Origin: Candidatus Saccharimonadota bacterium
GTDB lineage: Bacteria; Pseudomonadota; Gammaproteobacteria; Enterobacterales; Enterobacteriaceae
Reading direction: 5' to 3'
DNA length: 32,000 nucleotides
Assembly (NCBI GenBank): GCA_000217635.1
Contig: CP001817.1
Coordinates: forward strand, 1 to 32,000
Below the pieces are notes generated by a model, which saw only the letters and a list, made by a program, of their open reading frames with translations, did no database searches and was not told where the DNA came from. The translations under genes and the position numbers were made by a program. This document shows positions 24,201 through 32,000 of the stretch, piece by piece; the first letter of the stretch is position 1, and every line of letters starts with the position of its first letter.

Positions 24201-25481
24201 GGGAGCTCGATTTAACAAAACAGGATGTTTACAAATAATCTCATCAAGAATATCCCATACTACAGCCTCTTCTTTTTCAACCATTTTTTTAGCTGCTTTT
24301 ATTGTAGTAGCTAAATTTCTTTTTTCTAATTTTCCATATATAAAAGGTTTAAAAAGTTCTAATGCCATTTTTTTTGGAATACCGCATTGATGTAATCGTA
24401 AATATGGACCAACAGTGATAACAGATCTTCCTGAATAGTCTACTCTTTTTCCTAGTAAATTTTGTCGAAATCGACCTTGTTTTCCTTTAATCATATCGGC
24501 TAATGATTTTAACGGTCTTTTATTAGATCCTGTAATAGAACGTCCACGTCTACCATTATCTAATAATGCATCTACAGCTTCTTGTAGCATTCTTTTTTCA
24601 TTGCGAATTATAATATCTGGAGCTGATAATTCTAATAAACGTTTTAGTCGATTATTTCTGTTTATCACTCTTCGATATAGATCATTTAAATCTGATGTTG
24701 CAAATCTCCCTCCATCAAGAGGCACTAATGGTCTTAGGTCAGGAGGAAGAATAGGTAAAACTGTTAGAATCATCCATTCGGGTTTATTTTTGGATACTAA
24801 TAATGATTCTATTAATTTAATTCTTTTTGTTATTTTCTTTTTTTTAGTCTCAGAATTAGTTTCTAAAATTTCTTCTTTAAGTATATGACATGTATTTTTT
24901 AAATGTATATTTTTAAGTAAATTTTGTATAGCTTCAGCACCCATTTGAGCACTGAATTCATTTCCAAATTCTTCTAATGCTTGTAAATATTGTTCTTCTG
25001 TTAAAATATGATTTTTTTCAAAATGAGTCATACCGCCATTTATTACGACGTATGATTCAAAATATAGTACTCTTTCTATGTCTCGTAAAGGCATATCTAA
25101 CAATAAACCAATTCGAGAAGGTAATGATTTTAAAAACCAAATATGGGCTATTGGAGAGGCTAATTCAATATGTCCCATACGTTCTCGGCGAACTTTGCTT
25201 TGTGTAACTTCAACGCCACATTTTTCACATATTACACCTCTATGTTTTAATCTTTTATATTTTCCGCATAAACATTCATAATCTTTAATTGGACCAAAAA
25301 TACGAGAACAAAATAATCCATCACGTTCAGGTTTAAATGTACGATAATTTATAGTTTCTGGTTTTTTTACTTCTCCAAAAGACCAAGAGCGTATAACATC
25401 TGGTGATGCTAATGAAATTCTAATTGAATTAAATTCTTCAGTGTTTTTGTTTTTTTTAAAAAGTTTTAATATTTCTTTCAA
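21243..25481 (-). CDS. rpoC: DNA-directed RNA polymerase subunit beta'
   Basis: Colinear with E. coli RpoC over its whole length, including the zinc-binding [23 protein letters not shown], the catalytic NADFDGDQM, and the trigger-loop and C-terminal regions. The ORF track starts at TTG 25505. I prefer TTG 25481 because [17 protein letters not shown] aligns with E. coli MKDLLKFLKAQTKTEEF, and AGGA (25493-25490) lies 8 nt upstream. Confidence 0.95.
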   Translation of the reverse strand: MKEILKLFKKNKNTEEFNSIRISLASPDVIRSWSFGEVKKPETINYRTFKPERDGLFCSRIFGPIKDYECLCGKYKRLKHRGVICEKCGVEVTQSKVRRERMGHIELASPIAHIWFLKSLPSRIGLLLDMPLRDIERVLYFESYVVINGGMTHFEKNHILTEEQYLQALEEFGNEFSAQMGAEAIQNLLKNIHLKNTCHILKEEILETNSETKKKKITKRIKLIESLLVSKNKPEWMILTVLPILPPDLRPLVPLDGGRFATSDLNDLYRRVINRNNRLKRLLELSAPDIIIRNEKRMLQEAVDALLDNGRRGRSITGSNKRPLKSLADMIKGKQGRFRQNLLGKRVDYSGRSVITVGPYLRLHQCGIPKKMALELFKPFIYGKLEKRNLATTIKAAKKMVEKEEAVVWDILDEIICKHPVLLNRAPTLHRLGIQAFEPILIEGKAIQLHPLVCAAYNADFDGDQMAIHIPLTKEAQLEARSLMMSTNNILSPANGEPIIVPSQDVVLGVYYMTREKINGKGEGMLLSGSKEAERVYELGVAELHSKVRIKITEYYYKNKEEKKLNKKNKIINTTIGRAIFWNIVPHGLPFHLVNKTLGKSDISGLLNYCYRTLGLKKTVDFADQIMYIGFDYAARSGSSVGIDDIVIPQEKTEIISAAEYEVSEIHEQFQTGLVTFGERYNKVIDIWAIANEKVAKAMMKNLSTDNIINKKGESIQQTSFNNIFMMADSGARGSAAQIRQLAGMRGLMAKPDGSIIETPITANFREGLNVLQYFISTHGARKGLADTALKTANSGYLTRRLVDVAQDLVVTESDCKTSEGIIMHSLIEGGDIKETLRERVLGRLTAENILKPNSKKIIIPRNTLLHEKWCDILEKYFIDKIKVRSVVNCETIFGVCAYCYGRDLARGTLVKKGEAIGVIAAQSIGEPGTQLTMRTFHIGGAASRTALESSIQIRKNGIVHLSNSKFIINSNKKIIITSRNTELKIIDKFGKTQESYKIPYGAVLVKGEGESVKSGEIIAKWDPHTIPVITEVNGYVKFIDMVDGQSIIRQTDELTGLSSVVVLDISERTITSKDLRPSLKIISKEGYDIFIPGTDMPAQYFLPGKAIIQLENGIKIYSGDTLARVPQESGGTKDITGGLPRVADLFEARKPKELAILAEISGIISFGKETKGKRRLILTPLTGCHIHEEMIPKWRQLNVFEGERVEKGDVISDGPESPHDILRLRGIQAVTKYIVHEVQEVYRLQGVKINDKHIEVILRQMLRKATILNSGNSNFLPGEQLEYSNIITENKKLEKIKNKSNFLRDLLGITKASLATESFISAASFQETTRVLTESAVAGKKDQLRGLKENVIVGRLIPAGTGYSYHKNRIKNHLEKTVLKKNRKDKQNKSSISAEEAAANLSELLNSAEKI

Positions 25482-25546
25482 GGAGATAGTCCTATTTTTA
25501 AACAATATATTTTTTAGAATTACTACAAATTTTTATATAATAATAT

Positions 25547-28500
25547 TTATTCATTGTTTAATTCAATATTTATGCCTAATGATCGAATTTCTTTGAGTAA
25601 AACATTAAATGATTCCGGCATACCTGGTTCCATCTTATATTTTCCATTTACAATATTTTTATACATTTTTGTTCGTCCATTGACATCATCAGATTTTACT
25701 GTTAACATTTCTTGTAAAGTATGTGAAGCACCATATGCTTCTAAAGCCCAAACTTCCATTTCTCCAAATCTTTGACCTCCAAATTGCGCTTTTCCTCCTA
25801 ATGGTTGTTGAGTAATTAAACTATAAGATCCGGTAGATCGAGCATGCATTTTATCATCTACCAGATGATTTAATTTTAACATGTACATGTATCCAACAGT
25901 AACATCGCGTTCAAATTTTTCACCTGTTCGACCATCGAATAATGTGATTTGCCCTGATTCTGGTAAGTTGCCAAGTTTTAAAAGTTTTTTTATTTCTTGT
26001 TCGTGAGCTCCATCAAAAACAGGGGTAGCAATAGGCATACCATGACGTAAATTTTGGGCTAATTTTTCTATTTCTTGATCAGAGAATGTTTCTAAGTTTA
26101 TTTTTTGATTAGTATCATTACCTAAATCATATGCTTTTTGTATAAAATTTCGTATTTTATGTATTTTTTTTGCTTTTTTTAACATTTGATCAATTTTATC
26201 TCCTATTCCTTTAGCTGCTAATCCAAGATGAGTTTCAAGAATTTGTCCTAAGTTCATTCGTGACGGTACACCTAGCGGATTAAGTACAATATCAATAGGA
26301 ATACCATTTTTGTCATAAGGCATATCTTCTAAGGGATTAATTTTTGAAATAACTCCTTTATTTCCATGTCTTCCAGCCATTTTATCACCAGGTTGTATTT
26401 GTCTTTTAACTGCTAAATATACCTTTACAATTTTTAAAATTCCTGGTGATAATTCATCTCCTTGTTTTATTTTTTTAATTTTTTCTTTTAATTTTTTAGA
26501 AAATTTATTTTTTAAAGTTTTATATTGTTCTTTTAATTTTTGTATAGCTTTTGCAGTATTAATATTATTTTTAATATTAATTCGAAATAGTTGTTCTAAA
26601 GAATTTTCAATATAATTATTAATATTTATTCCGGCGATTTTTAGAATATTTTTTACTCTATGAATAAAATTTAATTTAAATATTTTTAATTTTTCTTTTA
26701 GTTCGTTGCGTACTTTTTTTAATTGCATTTCTTCAATTTCGAGAGTTCTTTTGTCTTTTTTTACTCCGTCCCTTGTAAATATTTGTACATCGATAATTGT
26801 TCCGCAGATGCTGTTTGGTACTCGTAATGAAGAATCTTTTACATCTGATGCTTTTTCTCCAAATATTGCACGCAATAATTTTTCCTCTGGAGTTAATTGA
26901 GTTTCTCCTTTAGGAGTCACTTTTCCAACTAATATATCTCCACCAGATACATCGGCGCCAATATAAACAATTCCAGAATCATCTAATTTAGAAAGAACTG
27001 ATGTATTAACATTAGGAATATCCGCTGTTATTTCTTCTGCTCCTAACTTTGTATCTCTAGAAATACATGATAATTCTTGAATATGAATAGTTGTAAAACG
27101 ATCTTTTTGTACAATTTTTTCTGAAATTAATATAGAGTCTTCAAAATTATAACCGTTCCATGGCATGAATGCTACCCGCATATTTTGTCCTAATGCTAAT
27201 TCTCCTAAATCAGTTGAAGGTCCATCAGCTAAAACATCACCCCGACAAATATTTTCATTTAAAACAACACAAGGTATTTGATTAATACATGTATTTTGAT
27301 TTGATCTGGTATATTTATTTAAATTGTATATATCTATTCCAGATTCTTCTATATTTATTTCAGCATTATGTACTTTAATTACAATACGAGCAGAATCAAC
27401 ATATTGTACAACACCGTTGCGTTTTGCAATGATTGTGACGCCTGAATCAATTGCAACAGATCTTTCCATACCAGTTCCAACTAAAGGTTTTTCTGTTTTT
27501 AAAGTTGGAACAGCTTGTCTTTGCATATTTGCACCCATAAGAGCACGATTAGCATCATTATGTTCTAAAAATGGAATTAATGAAGCTCCTACAGATACAA
27601 TTTGCTGAGTAGATACATCCATATAATCAACTTTATTACGATGCATTAATCCAAATTCACCATTATATCTACATGTAACATATTTTTCGGATAACTTTCC
27701 TTCTTTTGTTAATGTTGTATTAGCTTGAGCAATGGTATACATACCTTCTTCAATAGCTGATAGATAGTGAATTTCATTAGTAACTTGATTATTAGAAATT
27801 TTTCGGTATGGTGTTTCTAAAAATCCATATTTATTAGTTCTTGCGTATACTGATAAAGAGTTAATTAAACCGATATTTGGACCTTCAGGTGTTTCAATAG
27901 GGCATACACGACCATAATGAGTAGGATGTACGTCACGTACTTCAAAACCAGCTCTTTCGCGAGTTAAACCTCCCACTCCTAATGCAGAAATTCTACGCTT
28001 ATGTGTGATTTCTGATAGTGGATTATTTTGATCCATAAATTGAGATAATTGACTAGATCCAAAAAATTCTTTTATAGCAGAAGAGATCGGTTTAGCATTA
28101 ATAATATCTTGAGGCATAAGATTTTCTAAATCGCTAACTGATAATCTTTCTTTAACTGCTCGTTCTACACGTATTAATCCAATTCGAAATTGATTTTCTG
28201 CCATTTCTCCGACTGATCTAATACGACGGTTTCCTAAATGATCTATATCATCTATTTCTCCTTTTCCGTTTCTAATATCAATAAGTTTTTTTATCACATC
28301 GATAATATCTGATTTATTTAAAATTCCTGGCCCTGATATATTTTTACGCTTTAGGGATCGATTAAATTTCATACGACCGACTGGTGATAAATCATATCTA
28401 TCGGTTGTAAAAAAAAGATTATCAAATAAATTTTCTGTTGCTTCCTTAGTTGGTGGTTCTCCTGGTCTCATCATTTTATAGATTTCAATTAATGCAGTAT

Positions 28501-29578
28501 GACGATCGTGAGTTGTATCTAATTGTAAAGTTTCAGAAATAAATGGTCCATGATCTAAATCATTAGTATATAAAACATGAATAGTTTTTTGACCAGAGGA
28601 TTTTAATTTTTCAAAATTTTCACGTGTTAAATGAGAATTAGCAGATACAATTATAGTATTATTTGTTAAGTTTATATAATTTTTACTAATAATTTTGCTT
28701 TGCAGATATTCAAATGGTACATTAATAGTTTTTATTTTTTTATCTTTTAGTAATTTTATTTGTCTATTTGTGATTCTTTTTCTTTTTTCAATATATATTT
28801 TATTATCATGAATAATATCAAATTCTAATGTTTCCCCTCTTAATCGTTCGGGTATAAGTTCCATAACTATATTTTCTTGATCTATATGAAATACATCGTT
28901 TTTAAAAAAAATATCTAAAATATCTTCTGTACTTAAATTTAATGCGCGTAAAATTATTGTTACAGGTAATTTTCTTCTGCGATCAATACGAACAAATAAA
29001 TGATCTTTTGGATCAAATTCAAAATCTAGCCATGATCCACGATAAGGTATAATGCGAGCATTATATAATATCTTTCCAGATGAATGTGTTTTTCCTTTGT
29101 CGCTATCAAAAAATACACCTGGACTTCTATGTAATTGGGATACAACAACTCGTTCTGTTCCATTAATTACAAATGTTCCATTATTTGTCATTAAAGGTAA
29201 CTCTCCCATATACACTTCTTGTTCTTTTATATTTTTTACATGGGATTCTAATAAATCTTTTTCATAAATAATAAGTCGTAATTTTACTCTTAATGGAGAA
29301 GAATATGTTGCCCCCCGTATTTTACATTCTTTCTCATTAAATATGTTTTTTCCTATTCTATAGGAAACATATTGTAATTCAGATCCTCCATTATAACTTT
29401 GAATAGGAAAGATAGACTGAAAAGCTGCTTCTAATCCTTGTTTTTTTTTAGGATCCGATTTAATAAATTTTTGAAATGAATTGATTTGAATAGAAAGAAG
29501 ATAAGGTATATCTAATATTTTTGGTTGTTTTCCAAAATTTTTTCGAATTCTTTTTTTTTCTGTATTAGAGTAAACCAT
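25547..29578 (-). CDS. rpoB: DNA-directed RNA polymerase subunit beta
   Basis: 1343-aa ORF (E. coli 1342 aa). [17 protein letters not shown]..., the rifampicin-cluster region [30 protein letters not shown], and the C-terminal [20 protein letters not shown] all align without gaps. Confidence 0.98.
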   Translation of the reverse strand: MVYSNTEKKRIRKNFGKQPKILDIPYLLSIQINSFQKFIKSDPKKKQGLEAAFQSIFPIQSYNGGSELQYVSYRIGKNIFNEKECKIRGATYSSPLRVKLRLIIYEKDLLESHVKNIKEQEVYMGELPLMTNNGTFVINGTERVVVSQLHRSPGVFFDSDKGKTHSSGKILYNARIIPYRGSWLDFEFDPKDHLFVRIDRRRKLPVTIILRALNLSTEDILDIFFKNDVFHIDQENIVMELIPERLRGETLEFDIIHDNKIYIEKRKRITNRQIKLLKDKKIKTINVPFEYLQSKIISKNYINLTNNTIIVSANSHLTRENFEKLKSSGQKTIHVLYTNDLDHGPFISETLQLDTTHDRHTALIEIYKMMRPGEPPTKEATENLFDNLFFTTDRYDLSPVGRMKFNRSLKRKNISGPGILNKSDIIDVIKKLIDIRNGKGEIDDIDHLGNRRIRSVGEMAENQFRIGLIRVERAVKERLSVSDLENLMPQDIINAKPISSAIKEFFGSSQLSQFMDQNNPLSEITHKRRISALGVGGLTRERAGFEVRDVHPTHYGRVCPIETPEGPNIGLINSLSVYARTNKYGFLETPYRKISNNQVTNEIHYLSAIEEGMYTIAQANTTLTKEGKLSEKYVTCRYNGEFGLMHRNKVDYMDVSTQQIVSVGASLIPFLEHNDANRALMGANMQRQAVPTLKTEKPLVGTGMERSVAIDSGVTIIAKRNGVVQYVDSARIVIKVHNAEINIEESGIDIYNLNKYTRSNQNTCINQIPCVVLNENICRGDVLADGPSTDLGELALGQNMRVAFMPWNGYNFEDSILISEKIVQKDRFTTIHIQELSCISRDTKLGAEEITADIPNVNTSVLSKLDDSGIVYIGADVSGGDILVGKVTPKGETQLTPEEKLLRAIFGEKASDVKDSSLRVPNSICGTIIDVQIFTRDGVKKDKRTLEIEEMQLKKVRNELKEKLKIFKLNFIHRVKNILKIAGININNYIENSLEQLFRINIKNNINTAKAIQKLKEQYKTLKNKFSKKLKEKIKKIKQGDELSPGILKIVKVYLAVKRQIQPGDKMAGRHGNKGVISKINPLEDMPYDKNGIPIDIVLNPLGVPSRMNLGQILETHLGLAAKGIGDKIDQMLKKAKKIHKIRNFIQKAYDLGNDTNQKINLETFSDQEIEKLAQNLRHGMPIATPVFDGAHEQEIKKLLKLGNLPESGQITLFDGRTGEKFERDVTVGYMYMLKLNHLVDDKMHARSTGSYSLITQQPLGGKAQFGGQRFGEMEVWALEAYGASHTLQEMLTVKSDDVNGRTKMYKNIVNGKYKMEPGMPESFNVLLKEIRSLGINIELNNE

Positions 29579-29701
29579 TGGTTCCTCATTTTTTTATAAA
29601 AAATTTGAATTATCAAAGATTATTTTTAAAATTAATAATGTTAATTACATTTAAAAATATTTTATACAATAATAATATAGATGTTTAAAGAAATACATTA
29701 G

Positions 29702-29733
29702 AAAGCTAGTGACGTTATAAATTCACCAGCTTT
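29702..29733 (-). terminator. Candidate rplL-rpoB intergenic attenuator hairpin
   Basis: aaagctagtga (29702-29712) pairs with tcaccagcttt (29723-29733), with a 10-nt loop. The 29708/29727 pair is A-C in the plus-sense RNA and G-U in the minus-sense (operon-sense) RNA, giving an uninterrupted 11-bp stem in the sense transcript. E. coli has a partial terminator in this spacer. Confidence 0.35.
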
Positions 29734-29779
29734 TTTTAAAATTCTTTATATGTATTGTAAAAATTATGTGGTAATTATT

Positions 29780-30148
29780 TTATTGTATTTCAGCTTTTGC
29801 TCCAACATTAACAATATCTTTTACTAATTGCTCTGCTTCTTGTTTTGTAATTTTTTCTTTTATAAGGGTTGGTGCAGATTCTACTAAATCTTTAGATTCT
29901 TTTAATCCTAATCCTGTTACACTACGAATAATTTTTATTACAGAAACTTTATTTGATCCTATTTCATTTAATTTTACATTAAATTCTGTTTTTTCTTCTA
30001 TTTTTTTTACAGGAGTGCTATTCATTGTATCTAGTGAAATTACTGATGATACATTAAATTTTTTTTCTATTTCAGTGATTAATTGTGAAATATTTTGTAC
30101 TGACATTTCAGATAAAGCGTTAAGAATTTGTTCATTAGTAAGTGACAT
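29780..30148 (-). CDS. rplL: 50S ribosomal protein L7/L12
   Basis: 122-aa ORF with the conserved C-terminal domain KVSVIKIIRSVTGLGLKESKDLVESAP. Its position between rplJ and rpoB is conserved. Confidence 0.96.
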   Translation of the reverse strand: MSLTNEQILNALSEMSVQNISQLITEIEKKFNVSSVISLDTMNSTPVKKIEEKTEFNVKLNEIGSNKVSVIKIIRSVTGLGLKESKDLVESAPTLIKEKITKQEAEQLVKDIVNVGAKAEIQ

Positions 30149-30188
30149 AATGTTATTCCTAATAATTATATAATGTATATTTTAATAA

Positions 30189-30689
30189 TTAAGTTTGATC
30201 TTTTTTATTTTTACAGATAGCATTTAGTGTTCTTAATAATTTTCCTATAGAAACTTCTTTTAGTATTATTATAAATTTTGTTAATATTTCTTCATACGTT
30301 GGCAGTATAGCTAATTGTTCTATTTCTTGAAGTGATAATATTTTTTTTTCAAATATTGCTGTTATAATTTTAAATTTTGTATTGTTTTCAGTAAATTTTT
30401 TAAATAATCGACTAGCGCTTCCGGGGTGTTTCATAGAAAAAGCGATTAATGTTGGTCCTTTTAAAATATTAATTAATTGTGAAAAATTGGTATTTTTTAA
30501 GGATTTTTTTAATAATGTATTTCTTATTACGGACATCTCGATATTTAATTCGCGTGCTTGCCGTCTTAAATCATTCATTTCATTTACTGTAATTTTTGAA
30601 ATATCAGCTGTAATAGCAGACAATGCGGATTTAGCAATATTATGATTTTTTTTTATAATTTCTTTTTTATTATTAAAATTTAATACCAT
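30189..30689 (-). CDS. rplJ: 50S ribosomal protein L10
   Basis: 166-aa ORF colinear with E. coli L10: MVLNFNNKKEII..., SVIRNTLLKK, GPTLIAFSMKHPGSASRLFKKF, and LPTYEE. Confidence 0.95.
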   Translation of the reverse strand: MVLNFNNKKEIIKKNHNIAKSALSAITADISKITVNEMNDLRRQARELNIEMSVIRNTLLKKSLKNTNFSQLINILKGPTLIAFSMKHPGSASRLFKKFTENNTKFKIITAIFEKKILSLQEIEQLAILPTYEEILTKFIIILKEVSIGKLLRTLNAICKNKKDQT

Positions 30690-30885
30690 ATTATTATTCC
30701 GTTTTCTTCTTATATAAAATAGTTATAATCTGTTATAAATTTAAGATTTACAATTTTAAAAATTAAATTAAATATTTATTAATATAGTACGATGTATTTT
30801 ATGTAAAATTATTAATAATATTTTTTATTAACTTTTCATTTTTGTATATACGGAAAATTGATACATGGAATATATATGACGTGTT

Positions 30886-31575
30886 TTATAGTGATAGATG
30901 GTCGATTATTATTCCTGGACCCATAGTACTAGATAAACTTATTTTTTTACAATAAATTCCTTTTAATTGGTTTGGTTTTGATTTTTTAATTGCATTAAAT
31001 AATATTTTTAAATTTTGATATAATTGTGTCGTAGAAAAATTTATTTTACCAAAGCTGCTATGAATGATTCCATTTTTGTCATTTCTATAGTTAATTTTAC
31101 CAATTTTAGCTTCTTGAATTGATTTTTCTATATTTTCTGTCACAGTTCCGAATTTAGGGTTTGGCATAATACCACGAGGACCTAAAATTGGTCCTAATTT
31201 ACTAACAATATTCATTGTATCTGGAGAGGCAATCACAACATCAAATTTTGTTTTGTTTTTTTTAATAATATCAGCTAACTCTTCAGTTCCTACCGCATCT
31301 ACATTTAACATTTTAGCTATTTCTGCATTTTTTCCGGTTGCAAAAACAGCAATTTTTGATTTTTTTCCTGTTCCATAAGGTAATAATATAGAGCCACGGA
31401 TATTTTGTTCTGATTTTTTTGTATTTATATTAATATGAAATGCGGCATCAATACTTTCATTAAATTTAGCAAGTTGTAGATTTTTTAAAAGTTTTATTCC
31501 TTCTTTAACGGGATATATTTTATTAGTTTTTATATGTTGGCGGTTATTTTTTATTTTTTTGGATAAATTTTTCAT
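30886..31575 (-). CDS. rplA: 50S ribosomal protein L1
   Basis: 229-aa ORF colinear with E. coli L1: AKFNESID, LPYGTGK, FDVVIASPD, LGPRGIMPNPKFGTVT, YRNDKNGIIH. Confidence 0.96.
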   Translation of the reverse strand: MKNLSKKIKNNRQHIKTNKIYPVKEGIKLLKNLQLAKFNESIDAAFHININTKKSEQNIRGSILLPYGTGKKSKIAVFATGKNAEIAKMLNVDAVGTEELADIIKKNKTKFDVVIASPDTMNIVSKLGPILGPRGIMPNPKFGTVTENIEKSIQEAKIGKINYRNDKNGIIHSSFGKINFSTTQLYQNLKILFNAIKKSKPNQLKGIYCKKISLSSTMGPGIIIDHLSL

Positions 31576-31578
31576 ATA

Positions 31579-32000
31579 TCATTCCTTTATCACTTTGATA
31601 CCCATAGAATGAGCAGTTCCTTCAATAGATTTTGCTATTTGTTCGATATTTTTTCCTGTCATATCCTTTTTTTTTAAGTTAGCAATTTCATAGATTTTAT
31701 TTTTTGTTATGGTACCTATTATTTCATGTTTTGGTTTTTTCGATGCCTTTTTAATGTTCATCATTTTTTTTAATAAAACTGATGCTGGTGGAGTTTTTAA
31801 AATAAATGTAAATGTTTTATCTGCATAAACTGTAATAATTACTGGAGTTGGAATACCTTTTTCAAGATGTGCTGTTTTTGTATTAAAAATTTTACAGAAT
31901 TCCATAATGTTTACTCCTTTCTGTCCTAACGCGGGACCTACAGGAGGGCTGGGGTTAGCCATGCCAGACAATATTTGTAATTTTATATATGAATTTATTT
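31579..32000 (-). CDS. rplK: 50S ribosomal protein L11 (5' end runs off the window)
   Basis: [28 protein letters not shown]... matches E. coli L11. The same frame stays open upstream to the window edge ([16 protein letters not shown] vs E. coli QAYVKLQVAAGMANP). The true start is therefore a few codons beyond 32000, and the TTG at 31971 used by the ORF track is internal. Confidence 0.93.
   Translation of the reverse strand, partial: INSYIKLQILSGMANPSPPVGPALGQKGVNIMEFCKIFNTKTAHLEKGIPTPVIITVYADKTFTFILKTPPASVLLKKMMNIKKASKKPKHEIIGTITKNKIYEIANLKKKDMTGKNIEQIAKSIEGTAHSMGIKVIKE

Noticed and set aside
22267-25281. Multiple 60-112 aa ORFs on the plus strand inside rpoC (22267-22494, 22652-22837, 23134-23472, 24199-24390, 24601-24888, 24977-25207, 25078-25281).
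   Set aside because: All are antisense to a full-length, highly conserved rpoC. Their translations are low-complexity with no recognisable motifs. Such shadow ORFs are expected opposite long genes.
25554-29267. Plus-strand ORFs inside rpoB (25554-25775, 26706-26900, 27324-27608, 29052-29267).
   Set aside because: They are antisense shadow ORFs within a conserved gene, with no start context and no similarity to anything I recognise.

Overview
The window is very AT-rich, with short spacers and only conserved housekeeping genes. This is the profile of a reduced insect-endosymbiont gammaproteobacterium. The gene order is mnmG > | < gyrB-dnaN-dnaA | rpmH-rnpA-yidC-mnmE > | < tRNA-Phe | groES-groEL-efp > | < dnaC | < rsmD | ftsY > rpoH > metE > | < rpoC-rpoB-rplL-rplJ-rplA-rplK. 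From memory, that is the origin-proximal arrangement of Buchnera aphidicola; this attribution was not checked by any search. I found no mobile elements, CRISPR arrays, toxin or defence genes, or foreign-looking DNA, and I see no novel multi-gene system here.

The main result is a recurrent lesion that the six-frame ORF track hides. At least six conserved genes (dnaA, efp, rsmD, ftsY, metE and probably dnaC, with weak evidence in mnmG) switch reading frame exactly at poly(A) homopolymers of 5-13 nt. The conserved protein sequence continues in another frame on the far side of each tract. Eight of the ten sites would be repaired by one extra A and two by one fewer A. dnaA carries a compensated pair of shifts, so its ORF stays open while about 36 codons of conserved domain I are read out of frame.

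There are two competing explanations. One is real genomic frameshifts, possibly rescued by transcriptional slippage at poly(A), which has been reported for Buchnera and Blochmannia. The other is homopolymer miscalls in the assembly.

Secondary observations:
- There is no room for rsmG or the atp operon between mnmG and gyrB.
- Eroded spacers sit where dnaT and other genes are expected.
- A clear sigma-32 type promoter lies upstream of groES, and rpoH is intact.
- Several GC-containing hairpins lie in spacers.
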